Source: a virus (lineage: Duplodnaviria; Caudoviricetes). Taken from it: 64,000 nt of DNA. Below, one piece after another: positions 31,937 to 43,410 of this stretch (positions within the stretch are counted from its first letter, which is position 1; the number at the start of each line of letters is the position of its first letter). The notes beneath the pieces were generated by a model. The model made no database searches. It saw only the letters and a list, made by a program, of their open reading frames with translations, and was not told where the DNA came from. The stretch is from positions 64,001 to 128,000 of the IMG/VR virus record IMGVR_UViG_3300028048_000047. The stretch is one strand, 5' to 3'. The translations under genes were made by a program, and so were the position numbers.

Positions 31937-32413
31937 ATGTTAGAGAAAGTTCCAATTAAAAAAACAGGTAATCCTGATGAAGGGTATGATGATATTGATG
32001 AATTGTTTTTGGATACTCTTCAACATTGTGATGATGTTGAAAATGTGATGAAACATATTGCATCACATATTGAAGATATAGGGGAATATCATGATTATAC
32101 AAAAATAGAAAATTTTGAGGACTATGCAAATGATACATTAGAAAGACAGATTACTCCTAATTTTAAAGAAAGAAAGTGGTACAATATACATACTACTAAT
32201 GAAAGACATCATATTAATTCAAATATACATGATGATGTGAATTTATTTGATTTATTAGAGTTTATATGTGATTGTATTACTGCGGGTAAAGCAAGAACAG
32301 GTAAAGTAAATAAATCATTTTTAAAAATTGATGAAGAAATATTAAATAAATGTTATTGGAATACAATTAAATTAATCGATGAGTCTGTATATGTTATTGA
32401 CTCCAATAAGTAA
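31937..32413 (+). CDS. DUF5662-like (HD-type) protein, copy 1
   Basis: HDYTK.E…H…ERHH…NL.DLLE.I.D. Confidence 0.65.
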   Translation: MLEKVPIKKTGNPDEGYDDIDELFLDTLQHCDDVENVMKHIASHIEDIGEYHDYTKIENFEDYANDTLERQITPNFKERKWYNIHTTNERHHINSNIHDDVNLFDLLEFICDCITAGKARTGKVNKSFLKIDEEILNKCYWNTIKLIDESVYVIDSNK

Positions 32414-33351
32414 AAATTATAAAAAGGATGGTATTATGATTAAATTATCTGAGGATTTCAAAAAAATTATAGAAAAAGACAAACATATAAAAATGATGTG
32501 GAATGAGTATCAAGATGCAATAAATAAAAGAGAGGAATATTTTAATAAAGTAGTAATGGAGTTAAATAATCATCGTTCAATCTTACAAGAAGAATATGGT
32601 TTGAAGGGTTATAATTATAGTAAACCATGTGAATATGAAGATACTGTACGGGTAGATAATAGTAGATATTATTGTTTTAAAGTAATTTTTACAAATAGAC
32701 CGTCTGCAAAGGAATTAGGTATTATTGAAGATATTACAGGCTGTAAGTATGTGGGAGGAGGATATAGAATAAGTAAGGGAAATTCAGTAGTATTCTATTT
32801 TGAATTACCTGAAATTGTAGAATATGAAGTACATTGAAATGGAGGAGATATATATGAGTATAGAGATTAATGTGGAGTCAATAGATAAGGTAGAATATAG
32901 TAATTCATCTAAAACTCAATTTCTGGTTTATTTAAGATTACTTCCTGATAATATATTATTTGAAATAGTATTTGAGAATGTTCAAAATGAAAAAGATGTA
33001 AAAAATATTATAAAAAATTTTAATAATCCTTACCGATTGAGTGATTTGTATAAATATAGTGAGATTAAACCATTCAATGAAAAGGTATATTCATGTGATA
33101 TTGAATCTCCTATTAAATTTAAAATCAAAAGTGGGGACAAAAAAGGTTTGGAGAAGTTTTTATATCTTCTTAATACTCCTACAAAATTAGATGAAATGGA
33201 TTTATTTGAAGAACATCAACAATTATCTACAATAATTGATACACATATTCAAACTATTCATGATTTAATTAAAAGAAGAAGGGAAATTGAATATAAATTA
33301 TGGGAATATGGGAAACAATCAGCAAAATAGCTTATTAATGGGGAAAGTTAT

Positions 33352-33798
33352 ATGGGATTTAGAATAGTGGAAAATCCTCCTCCAAAATATCTTGAAAAAT
33401 ATGATACTTTTATAGATTTATATAATAATAGTCCATTAAATGTTAAAGAAATAAGAGAAAAACTTGATTGGTCAATATCAGTATATAATCAAGCAAAAGA
33501 AAAAGGTTTGAAAGAAGGTAAAATCATTGAAAGAAGAACTCCTTTAACAATCAAAAATGTTAAAGGAAGACCTAAAAACACCAAAAATCCTCCGAAGTAT
33601 TATTCAAAAACTACTGATGGTAAATATGTTGTGGTTAAACGATTTTATAAAGGTAAAACAGTAGATAAGAATGTTTATTGTGGTATTTATGATACTGAGA
33701 ATCAAGCGAAACAAATTGTTGATGAAATGAAAAATGTGAATTGGGATAAATCATATTTAAATGAAATCAAAAAGAGGGTTATTAATGGAAATAGATGA
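33352..33798 (+). CDS. HTH plus AP2-like DNA-binding protein
   Basis: PKYY…YVVVKR…YCGIYDTE.QA…NWDK. Confidence 0.6.
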   Translation: MGFRIVENPPPKYLEKYDTFIDLYNNSPLNVKEIREKLDWSISVYNQAKEKGLKEGKIIERRTPLTIKNVKGRPKNTKNPPKYYSKTTDGKYVVVKRFYKGKTVDKNVYCGIYDTENQAKQIVDEMKNVNWDKSYLNEIKKRVINGNR

Positions 33799-34044
33799 CT
33801 TTATAAATAAAGTATTACAGATAAATAATGCAAGAGAACAATTTCAGACTGATGTATATATTACATCAAAATATTATGAAGTTGTTATTAAACGATTGTA
33901 CATAACTGATATTAAAAGAGTAAATAATCAAATAATTATTACTATAAATAATAAACGAATTCAAAAATTAATGATAATGGACGATATGACTTATGGGTTA
34001 AGAACAGATACATTTTAAAAAAAAATAAAGTATAGGTTTTTAAA

Positions 34045-34704
34045 GTGAATATTAAAATTGATTATCGTGAGAAAAAAAGAGGAAAAAAGGCGTTGAAATT
34101 TTATGATGAAAGAGAACATAATGTTAATATTTTAAATTTAGATACAGGGGATTATGTTTTTGATGATAAAGTTGTTTTTGAATTTAAAACATGGAGTGAT
34201 ATGTTCAATAGTATTCATAATAATCGTGTTTTTGATGAGAGTTTAAGGCAAAGAGATGAGTATCCATATCATTATGTGATAATTGTAGGAAATGATAAAG
34301 ATAAGCAAAAAGCATTATATAACTTACATAAATTAAATATTAAATTCAAAATTAAACAGTATTATGGTGCAGTTGCAAGATTAAATACATATACTAATGT
34401 TATTTATGCTCCAAATACCACCAAAGCATTTAGGATAATGGAATGTCAATCTGAAAAATGTTTGGATTCAAAACCTATAATTAGAGAGTTAAATGATAAA
34501 ACAGATAATGTTGCTCTCAATATATTAATGTTTTTACCACATATTAAATATAATCGTGCAAAACTTATAACAGATTCATTGGAATTGGAAACAGTTGAAG
34601 ATTTATTTAAAGTAACCCCAGAAGATTTACTTAAAGTTAATGGTATAGGGGATAAGTTGGCAGAAAGTATTATTAATAATATAACTAAAAGATATTTAAA
34701 ATAA
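34045..34704 (+). CDS. ERCC4/XPF-Mus81-like structure-specific nuclease with HhH domain
   Basis: IDYRE, GDY, ExK..D, C-terminal VNGIGDKLA HhH. Confidence 0.88.
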   Translation: MNIKIDYREKKRGKKALKFYDEREHNVNILNLDTGDYVFDDKVVFEFKTWSDMFNSIHNNRVFDESLRQRDEYPYHYVIIVGNDKDKQKALYNLHKLNIKFKIKQYYGAVARLNTYTNVIYAPNTTKAFRIMECQSEKCLDSKPIIRELNDKTDNVALNILMFLPHIKYNRAKLITDSLELETVEDLFKVTPEDLLKVNGIGDKLAESIINNITKRYLK

Positions 34705-34792
34705 TTATAGTATACAATTTGGTGTTTTAAGAAATTTAAAATATGGTTTAATAATAATTGATGATTATTTTTTTTTAAAAAAATAATATTTT

Positions 34793-35512
34793 TTGGGAGG
34801 TTCTTTTAAAATGAAAAATTATGAAGTAAAATATAATGAATTAACAGATAAAATACTTCAATTAAATGCCGAATATAGTTCAAAGATGCGAGATATTGCA
34901 AGTAATCTTAGAGTATATAGTGATGATGAGGAGTATTTGAGATACAAATATAAATTAGAATGTTTACATGAATTACTTAATAATACCAACATGGACTGTG
35001 TTGAATATAATAATGGGTTTTGGTCAAAAAATGATGGATATATTCTTTTAAGCGATTCAAGTAATGGGGATAGTAGAACAAGTAAAAAATCCCCAAGTTA
35101 TGATGAAATTCGTCAAGCCGTTGAAATTCATATTGGGGATGTGGATAAAGCATTAGAATTTTGGAAAAAACAATTAGAGGAAAAACAGGGAATTCATGAC
35201 TACACCAAGTTAGAAAATTTTGAGGAAGAATATGGTTTTCTTGTGCATGAAGGGGTGAAGGATGAAATATTTCTTAAAAGTGAATGGTGGCATAAGCATA
35301 TAACAAAAGAAAGACATCATTTACAATATTATTCTCCATCTGATGTTAATTTAATAGATGTGCTTGAATTAATAAGTGATAGGGTTGTTGCAGAAAAAGG
35401 AAGGACTGGAAGCATTATTAAAGAATATCTTGAAATTGATATGAATATTTTAAAGGACGCTTATTGGAATACTGTTAAATTATTGGATAGTAAGACAAGA
35501 AGGGTGGAATAA
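34793..35512 (+). CDS. DUF5662-like (HD-type) protein, copy 2
   Basis: HDYTKLE…H…ERHH…NLIDVLE.I.D…RTG…YWNT. Confidence 0.65.
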   Translation: MGGSFKMKNYEVKYNELTDKILQLNAEYSSKMRDIASNLRVYSDDEEYLRYKYKLECLHELLNNTNMDCVEYNNGFWSKNDGYILLSDSSNGDSRTSKKSPSYDEIRQAVEIHIGDVDKALEFWKKQLEEKQGIHDYTKLENFEEEYGFLVHEGVKDEIFLKSEWWHKHITKERHHLQYYSPSDVNLIDVLELISDRVVAEKGRTGSIIKEYLEIDMNILKDAYWNTVKLLDSKTRRVE

Positions 35513-35991
35513 TGTCTATGATAATTACACGAAGGGGATATGTTATATACTATGGTTATGGGCAGTTTGATTATTATTGTGTTCATGTGTTAAAACCTAA
35601 ATCCAAAAGAGTTTGGAAACCAAGGGATACAGAGTGCTTTATGTGGTTAAAAAGAATGGGTAAGAAATATGGGAATGATAAATTATATGAAGATTTTTTA
35701 AAAATTTATGAACCAATTACAACTGATACAGATATGGGGGATATTGAAAATATTGTTAAAGAGGTTAGTAGTAAGTATAGGTATAGTCAAGAATGGTGGA
35801 TTATATTAGCATTAACAATAAAAGCAGAATTACATAAAAAGAATACTAAATTAGGGAAGACAATTAAACATTTGGGTGTGTATGAATTATTAAATGAAGA
35901 TAAAAAAGTAAGGGATATAGTGTTGGATATAAATGATGAAAATTGGATGGCTTTGAAAGAATCAATGTTGGAGAAAGGTATATATGATTAA
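35512..35991 (+). CDS. Hypothetical protein
   Basis: 159-aa coupled ORF. Confidence 0.7.
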   Translation: MSMIITRRGYVIYYGYGQFDYYCVHVLKPKSKRVWKPRDTECFMWLKRMGKKYGNDKLYEDFLKIYEPITTDTDMGDIENIVKEVSSKYRYSQEWWIILALTIKAELHKKNTKLGKTIKHLGVYELLNEDKKVRDIVLDINDENWMALKESMLEKGIYD

Positions 35992-36520
35992 TGGTAATGA
36001 AATTTTAAAAAAGAAATATCCTGATTTTGATGATGAATCAAGGACACCTAATGGTATTGATTTGAGATTAGGAAAAGTATATGTACTTGATGATGCAATA
36101 GAACCGTATCCTAATAATTTTTCGTCTTATGGATTATATAAAGAAGATTTATTTGATGGGACACCTGAAAAGGATTTACCAAAACAAAAAGAAATTAGAC
36201 CTAAATTTATGGATTGTTATCATATAGAAGGTTGGAGTTTAATTCCAAATAAAGTATATATTTTAGAAGTGGAGGATACAATAAAAATTGATAATGATTC
36301 TATACAATTGTATAAACCTCGTTCCACATTATTAAGAGCAGGATTATCATTATCAACTGCTGTTGGAGATGCAGGATTTAATGGCAAATTATCATTTATG
36401 TGTATTAATCATGGACATTTACCATTTTTTTTAGAGAAAGGGGTTAGATTTGTACAACTAATTGATTTTGAATTGAATGGGAATTCAATTACTTATGATG
36501 GGGATTATCAAGAATATTAA
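35984..36520 (+). CDS. dut: Archaeal-type trimeric dUTPase
   Basis: PNGIDLRL, PRSTLLRAG, AVGDAGF.G, YDGDYQ; lacks the deaminase TLE glutamate. Confidence 0.75.
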   Translation: MINGNEILKKKYPDFDDESRTPNGIDLRLGKVYVLDDAIEPYPNNFSSYGLYKEDLFDGTPEKDLPKQKEIRPKFMDCYHIEGWSLIPNKVYILEVEDTIKIDNDSIQLYKPRSTLLRAGLSLSTAVGDAGFNGKLSFMCINHGHLPFFLEKGVRFVQLIDFELNGNSITYDGDYQEY

Positions 36521-36985
36521 AAATATTTAAGGTGTTTTTTCATGAGTGATGTGAATATATATGACCAACAATTATTATTAATTAATAAAAAAATAGATTT
36601 AATGAATGAATTATTAATTGAAGTATTGAAAGAAAATTCTCCAAGAACAATAATTAAATATTATAATGATTATGAAGAATTACTTAAAGATGGGGAGGAG
36701 TTGTATTAATGATAATGGACGATTTACTTGAATTAAAATTGGATGAAATATTAGATAAATACTGTTTATTGTATAGTCCTGAATGTGGTTATTATTATGG
36801 GATAGCAGAATGTAATGATGTCGATAAATTGTATGAAGAGTACAATATTGACGAATATTCCGAAGCTTTTGAGCCTGATACAATTATACCAGGGCATATT
36901 ATGGGGGAAATAAATGATAAACTTCTTACATATGATTTGTTGGAGAATATAATGAATAATTTGGATATAACAAAGAAAAATAATA

Positions 36986-37693
36986 ATGTTGATACAAATG
37001 ATTAAATATAAAGTGATTTATAATTGTGCAAATGATACTTATAGTATTCATGATGGAAATAATATATATCATTTAAATAATGAACAAGATATTTCACAAA
37101 TAATAGTTACTTTAAATAACTATTCGTCCATTAAAAAAAAATATGATAATTCTTTTGAGAGAATCAAACAATTAAATGAAATTTTAATAAAGAAGAATGC
37201 TAAGATTCATAAATTGGAAAAGAAATTGAACAAATGTGAAGATAGATTAAATGGATTATTCCCAATTAATGCAGAACCTATTAAATCTCCTTATCGATTG
37301 AATTTAAGGGATTATTTTAGTATTCCTTCAATGCAAACTGAAAAATATTGGGGTGTTGGGGATATATTAAAAGCATTACATTATTATTGTAATGATGATG
37401 TGAATATAATGGGTAGTGAGTGTGTTGGTGATTATCAAGGATATTATTATGCTGTTTTTAAAATTAATGATTATCTTTTTTTATGGAGAGGAGATTTTGG
37501 TTCATGTGATGTTTGTGATATGATTGGTGGAACTGATATTGAAGATGGTTATGAAGTATTAATTAATACATTGTCAGAAGGTAACACTTTACAATTTTAT
37601 AATAAAGTTCATGCTATGAATTATTTGATTACTGTTGAAAATAGTAATAGGTATAATAGCTGGAAGAATTTTCCAAAAGGATTATTGGGTTAA
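36986..37693 (+). CDS. Hypothetical protein (LN/coiled-coil N-terminus plus GDYQG…GSCxxCD domain)
   Basis: Translation motifs. Confidence 0.65.
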   Translation: MLIQMIKYKVIYNCANDTYSIHDGNNIYHLNNEQDISQIIVTLNNYSSIKKKYDNSFERIKQLNEILIKKNAKIHKLEKKLNKCEDRLNGLFPINAEPIKSPYRLNLRDYFSIPSMQTEKYWGVGDILKALHYYCNDDVNIMGSECVGDYQGYYYAVFKINDYLFLWRGDFGSCDVCDMIGGTDIEDGYEVLINTLSEGNTLQFYNKVHAMNYLITVENSNRYNSWKNFPKGLLG

Positions 37694-37718
37694 AAAGAAG
37701 TATATGAAGTGAGATTTT

Positions 37719-38069
37719 ATGGGATTTAATGTGATTGAGCAAGATACTCAGAAGAAAGAATTAAAAGAATATGAAGATGTGATTAGATTATATAATAAAG
37801 GATTGGCTGTTAATAAAATAAAAGAAATTCTTGGTTTAACATCATATAAATATTCCAAACATATGAATGAAGCGTTGGGGGAGGGTAGAATAAAATCAAG
37901 GAAAAGTTTAAAAAGTCCAAAGTATTATTATAAAACAAAAAATAATAAATTTTGTATTCAAAGAAGGTGTTCTGAAACAAAAAGAATGAAAAGTTATGGT
38001 ACATATGAAACAGAAGAACAAGCAAAAAAGAAAGTGGTTGAATTGATTAAAAATGGTTGGTTGGAGTGA
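37719..38069 (+). CDS. HTH plus AP2-like DNA-binding protein
   Basis: PKYYY…FCIQRR…SYGTYETEEQA…GW. Confidence 0.6.
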   Translation: MGFNVIEQDTQKKELKEYEDVIRLYNKGLAVNKIKEILGLTSYKYSKHMNEALGEGRIKSRKSLKSPKYYYKTKNNKFCIQRRCSETKRMKSYGTYETEEQAKKKVVELIKNGWLE

Positions 38070-38604
38070 GTTTTATATGGATTTTGATAAGATATTATTG
38101 TATCATCCTCAACAAAAAATGACTTATATCCGTAAATTAACTATGAGTTATGGTTATTATGCTGTTTTGGCTACTGTTAATCATGAGCAAAAGATAACTC
38201 ATATAGGAATTAATAATACTTTACAGATAATACCATATAGTAAGTTAAGTGATTCTGATAAGTATTTATTAGGTAAAAAGAAATGTGAAAATTTAAAAGA
38301 TAATGATTTGTTGAATATATATAGTATTAATAAGGCGATTCAATTGAAAAAACCTTATAAATTACATAAGAAGTGTAATGGTATGAGGTATACTACTCCT
38401 GAGGAAACTTTGGAATTGAAGAGAGAAATATTATTAAATAAAGATAATGTTATTGTTATTGAAGGTAATAAGTATTATAAAGAGAGTTATACGGATAATA
38501 GTAGTGTTGATATTGGGGATGTGGATATTACAAAAGAGTTGGAGATGATTCGATTAAAACATTATGAAGATTTGTTAGCGAATGGACAGACAACTTTAAT
38601 ATGA
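38053..38604 (+). CDS. Hypothetical protein ending in QTTLI
   Basis: ORF followed by T-rich tract. Confidence 0.7.
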   Translation: MVGWSEFYMDFDKILLYHPQQKMTYIRKLTMSYGYYAVLATVNHEQKITHIGINNTLQIIPYSKLSDSDKYLLGKKKCENLKDNDLLNIYSINKAIQLKKPYKLHKKCNGMRYTTPEETLELKREILLNKDNVIVIEGNKYYKESYTDNSSVDIGDVDITKELEMIRLKHYEDLLANGQTTLI

Positions 38605-38642
38605 TTTTATTTTTTATTTTATTTTTTTGAAGTAAATAGTTA

Positions 38643-38670
38643 TAGTAATATTTATATTATATTATAGATA
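38643..38670 (+). promoter_or_regulatory. Archaeal promoter
   Basis: tagtaataTTTATATtatattatagata. Confidence 0.55.
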
Positions 38671-39201
38671 AAATGAATATATTGAAATAATACATAAAAA
38701 TATAAACAAATATAAATGGAGGATAATGTTTTATGGTAGATGATTTATATGATTTTCGTAAAAGAAAAGATGTGATAAAAAAAATGTGTGGTATAAAAAG
38801 TTATAGAGATAATGGTTATACTAAAATAACAGATATTTATTCTATTTATTATAATCCTTCCACTTGGTTAATTAATGGTTTTCGTGATAATGAAAGAGAA
38901 AAATTTTATCATTATCATAATGAAAAGGACATGATTGAATTTATTCACATGATTAATCTTCGTGAATTTCGTTTGACTGAATCAATGCAAAATATAGAAC
39001 AGATTTTTAGAAGTTGCACAGATAATGAAATAAGATATCATGAAATAATTCATAAACTGGAAGAAAAAGTGGATATATTAACAAAAGAAAATGAAAAACT
39101 TAAATTCAAACTAAAAAATAATAATGTACTTATGAGATAAAATATGGGAGCATATATTTAGATAAGACTGATAATGAATTAATGAAGGAGATGGCTAAAA
39201 T

Positions 39202-39618
39202 ATGGACATGAAAATTGAACCAATCAACACACATAATAGAAATAATGACCGTTTTGTTTTAACAATTGATGATGATAATTCTGTATATTATTATGATAAC
39301 CATAAAAGAGATGGGTTTGGATTATATGCAGGGGACGGTGAAACCAAGTTTAGTGAGGGGAAGATTGTTAAAAAGAATTTTGAAGATTTGTTTAGTAAAA
39401 TAAATGAATTATATAATGAGAACCAAGCATTAAAAAAGGGTAATGAATATCATCAGATTTTAAAAAAGAAATTCGATGCAGAGGAAAAAGAATTATTAGG
39501 TTTATATGAAGTTGCATTGAAAAGTGGGCATAAGGAAAATGCGAGAATGTATATGGATATAATTAATATATTGGGTGAGATATGGCAACATACATTTCAA
39601 GGTGAAGAATATGAATAG
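39202..39618 (+). CDS. RF…LLNxL family protein
   Basis: NDRF…KINELYNENQALK. Confidence 0.65.
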   Translation: MDMKIEPINTHNRNNDRFVLTIDDDNSVYYYDNHKRDGFGLYAGDGETKFSEGKIVKKNFEDLFSKINELYNENQALKKGNEYHQILKKKFDAEEKELLGLYEVALKSGHKENARMYMDIINILGEIWQHTFQGEEYE

Positions 39619-40048
39619 ATTTTTTCAACGAGGAGAAGTAATTGAAGACAAGTATAAAAATACAAAATTTGTTCTTAATAATGAGAATAAAGTAAAATAT
39701 ACTGTTGATTTACTTAATGAATTAAACAATGAGTTGGAAGTTAAAAAAAGAGAATATATTGATGTTGTAGAGGATTTGGCTCATTCTGAGAATACTATTG
39801 AAGATTTAGCGTCTGAATTATCTGATTTGGAAAATTTTGTATTATCACAATTTAATTCATATCAAAAGTATATTAAAGATAAAATAGAAATTTGTAATTA
39901 TATTCAAATGAAAATTAATAATATATCAACGGTTAAAATAAGTGAAAATAACGATGAAAATAATTATAATTATTCTTTATTAAGTATTAAAAAAGATTTA
40001 ATAAAAAAAGGATTATGGGAAACTTATGTTGCTGAAAGAGATATTTGA
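39611..40048 (+). CDS. RF…LLNxL family protein
   Basis: MNRF…VDLLNELNNE. Confidence 0.65.
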   Translation: MNRFFQRGEVIEDKYKNTKFVLNNENKVKYTVDLLNELNNELEVKKREYIDVVEDLAHSENTIEDLASELSDLENFVLSQFNSYQKYIKDKIEICNYIQMKINNISTVKISENNDENNYNYSLLSIKKDLIKKGLWETYVAERDI

Positions 40049-40261
40049 TTAAAGTGTGGTTAAAATTATGAGAATTAAATTTTATGAATTAATGTTGAAA
40101 CTTAATGAAATGAGTAATAATTATGATGATATTAACTTCAAAAAAGTTGATGTTTATACAAATAAAATTAATGGAATTGAATTTTTATTTTTCAAACATG
40201 AGAATGAAGTTTTTGAGGTTATTACAATTGATTCTTTGAATTGAAAAAGGTGTTATAATTT

Positions 40262-40570
40262 ATGGTTATTCATAGTGAAAATGAGAAAGGTGAAAAAGTG
40301 ATATGGGACGATAGTGGTAAGCAATGGAAGTATCCTGATGAAGAAGATGTGATTGACATTGGAGGTAAAAAGAAAAGAGTATGTTCAAAATGTAATAAAC
40401 CACGGATAGATATAAATGGTGTTGTTGATTGTGATTTTTGTTTACAAGGGTTAAGTGTGTGTGATTTGATTGATTATGCTTGTTGTGGACATAATGACCC
40501 TGATAGTGCATATATTAGTTTTAAAGATGGTCGAAGATGGATACTTGATAAAGAATGGAGTCGGAAGTAA
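40262..40570 (+). CDS. Cys-rich protein
   Basis: CSKC…CDFC…ACCGH. Confidence 0.65.
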   Translation: MVIHSENEKGEKVIWDDSGKQWKYPDEEDVIDIGGKKKRVCSKCNKPRIDINGVVDCDFCLQGLSVCDLIDYACCGHNDPDSAYISFKDGRRWILDKEWSRK

Positions 40571-41730
40571 AATGGGACGATGTAGTAGTTATATTATCAG
40601 ATTTAAATTTTGGAGTCTTGATAAATCTAAAAAAAAGAGAGCGAGTGTTCCTATGTTAACTATATTTAGTGATGGTAATTTAAATAAGTGTCATGGTCAG
40701 TTTGGTTCTTCTTATTATATGTTTAAGGATAAAGATACTATGATTGGAAATAAATATTTTTTTAAATAAAAAGAATTGAGTGAAAAGTTATGGTTGATGA
40801 TATAAGTCTTAAAGAAAATTCAATTAATTTTATTGATGGAGAAATTTTCTTAAAAACTGAAAATGGATTTGAAGAAGCAATATTGTATATGAGTATTGAT
40901 GATATTAAATATTTTGATATTGAAACAAGTGTACATATTTGTTTAAAAAAAGATTGGGAAAGAATACAAGAAGTAGGAGAAATTAGGGGATTTCCAAATT
41001 ATCAAGTTCAACCTGTAAAATATAGTATGGAATATGTTGAATCAATGTTAACTTGGGAGGATTAATTTTCATGGAAAGAAGAAAAAAGGTCACACTTAAA
41101 GATGTACTTGGTATAAATAAAGATTATAAACCCATTGAAGGACGGTTTAAGGAAATAATATCAACTCAAAAAATCATTGATACAACAAATAATATTGAAT
41201 ATGATGGATTGGTTGATACTGAATTATTAATTGTAATGAATCAGTTATCTGATGAAATTCTTTTCATGAAAAAATGTTTAAAAGAAGAATTACTTGAAGT
41301 AACATTAACTATGAATAATAATGAAGATGAATTAAATCATGAGTCTAATTATGTTAGGTTTCAAGTTTATTATAATAGAATTAAACGATTATGTGATAAG
41401 TGTAATGTCAAAATTGATGAAAAAGACTATTAGTTTGGAGGAAGATAATATTAAACAGATAGATATATTTAATTATATTTATGATAATTATGGATTTTAT
41501 GGTGTATTAGATGATGTTAAAGAAAAATTAGTTTATGGCGAAGTTACAAAAAGAGATGATGGATTATATAGTATATCCACAGGGGGGTTTTCAGATGATG
41601 AACATCTTATCCATAACTTAACACATCTATTGTGTCGATTTGGAAGTAATCATTATGTGGGTTATCTCCGAGGAGGATGTTTTTATTTTAGTGAAAAGAA
41701 GCATGATAACAATATTAAAATAATAAGGGT

Positions 41731-42042
41731 GTGATGATAATGGGTGAAAGATTTATTTATGAATATAGTGAAGAAACAAGCATGATTTTAATTAAAGATA
41801 CTTTTCGAGAAGAACCTAATACTAATTCCATATGTAATCCCAAAGGGATAGTGAGATGGTTAAATGAATTAAATAATGAAAATAAAAGATTAAGAAATAC
41901 AATTAATGTACAAACAATGGCGTTGTGTGAGTTTCATAATCGTGAATTAGCACAAGAAAAATGGGGGGAACATAGACCTGAATTTGATTTAGATACATAT
42001 TATGAAATATGTATGAATAAACTAAAAAAAGAGATGGACTAA
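41731..42042 (+). CDS. RF…LLNxL family protein
   Basis: GERF…WLNELNNENKRLR. Confidence 0.65.
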   Translation: MMIMGERFIYEYSEETSMILIKDTFREEPNTNSICNPKGIVRWLNELNNENKRLRNTINVQTMALCEFHNRELAQEKWGEHRPEFDLDTYYEICMNKLKKEMD

Positions 42043-42793
42043 TTGAATGGATAAAAATGAAATTGGAAAATTTAAGGTTAGGGTTATTATATGAAAATGT
42101 TATCTGATTTATTAATGGTGTTATTAAATAATTTAAGGATTGAAGATTTACCAGTAAATGTGCTTATTAATGATAAATATTACGATATTGATGAATTTTA
42201 TTTTGATAATGAGATTCATGAATATATAATGAAAGTTAGTGGGGGCATTGAATATAGTGTAAGAGGGGAATTAATTAATAAATGAGTAATTAATGGATTT
42301 AATGGAGGTTATTAATTTATGAGAAGTTGTCATTGTATATTGGCTGGAACAAAACATTGTGAAACTTGTGGAATGAATACAATAAATACTATACAGTACA
42401 CTTCACCAAGAAAAACAGTTAGTGTTACAACATCATTACCTGAATTCAATAATAAAACTGAAAAATATAAGTTATCTATGAACAATAATGGAAAAATTGT
42501 TTTAAAGGACGGTAAAGAGTTAAGTACAGAAGAATGTTGTAAATTATTAAATAAAATAGAAAATGAAAAAGAGAATTGGAAAATACACTATTGCGAATCA
42601 AGTAACATGGAAAGCATATTATCAATGGATTTACAGATTGTTCAAGAAGAATTATGGGATTTGGAAAAATTAATCTATGACTCATATATTATAAATGAAG
42701 ATATAATAAACTCAATGAAAAGATTGAAAGTAAAAATAGATGATTTAATTAACCATAAAAATAGAATATTTAGATAAATGAAGGCATGAAATA

Positions 42794-43036
42794 ATGAACG
42801 GAAGATTTATAAAAAAAGAATATGCTTATGATTGGTGGTTCATTTTTGATAAAGAACAAAAATATATTGAGGACATGAAGATTCCATTTCCTGATGTTGG
42901 AAATCTTGTTGCAATGTCCGAAGACCAAGTATTAACATTATTAAATAAATATGATATGTTGGAGAAAGAAGTTATAGAACTCAAAAAGGAGAATGAAAAA
43001 TTAAAAGAAAAAATTAATATAAATATGGGGGAGTAA
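42794..43036 (+). CDS. RF…LLNxL family protein
   Basis: MNGRF…LLNKY…ENEKLK. Confidence 0.65.
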   Translation: MNGRFIKKEYAYDWWFIFDKEQKYIEDMKIPFPDVGNLVAMSEDQVLTLLNKYDMLEKEVIELKKENEKLKEKININMGE

Positions 43037-43038
43037 GT

Positions 43039-43410
43039 TTGGTTGAAAAAAGATTTGAAAAAAATTCTACTTATTATGGTGGATTAGCTACTAATTATTA
43101 TGATATATAGGATAATGAAGAGAATAAAACTTTAACAATTGATGAAGCAATTGAAAAACTGAATAAATTAGTAAATGAAGTTGTTATGGACACAAGTTTT
43201 AAAAAAATTAAGGATAACCGAATATTAAATGAATGTATAATTGAATTAATGGGTGAAAGTTATCAAACAAGAGTGTTGGGTTATCTTGAAGATGAAATTT
43301 GTATTAATAAATCTGGTCAAGCAAAGTTTAATGATACTTTAAATAAGTATGGGATTAAACAGATAAATACTCATGGTTTTAAGGAGTATTGGATGGAAGA
43401 TAAAATATAA
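43039..43410 (+). pseudogene. MVEKRF family member with in-frame TAG at 43108
   Basis: TTG-VEKRF…YDI*DNE…KLNKL runs in frame into ORF 43186; paralogs have WDNE at this position. Confidence 0.7.

Noticed and set aside
43108-43110. Pyrrolysine or genome-wide TAG recoding
   Set aside because: TAG ends many normal ORFs (e.g. rubrerythrin), only one clear internal case was seen, and Methanobacteriales are not known to use Pyl
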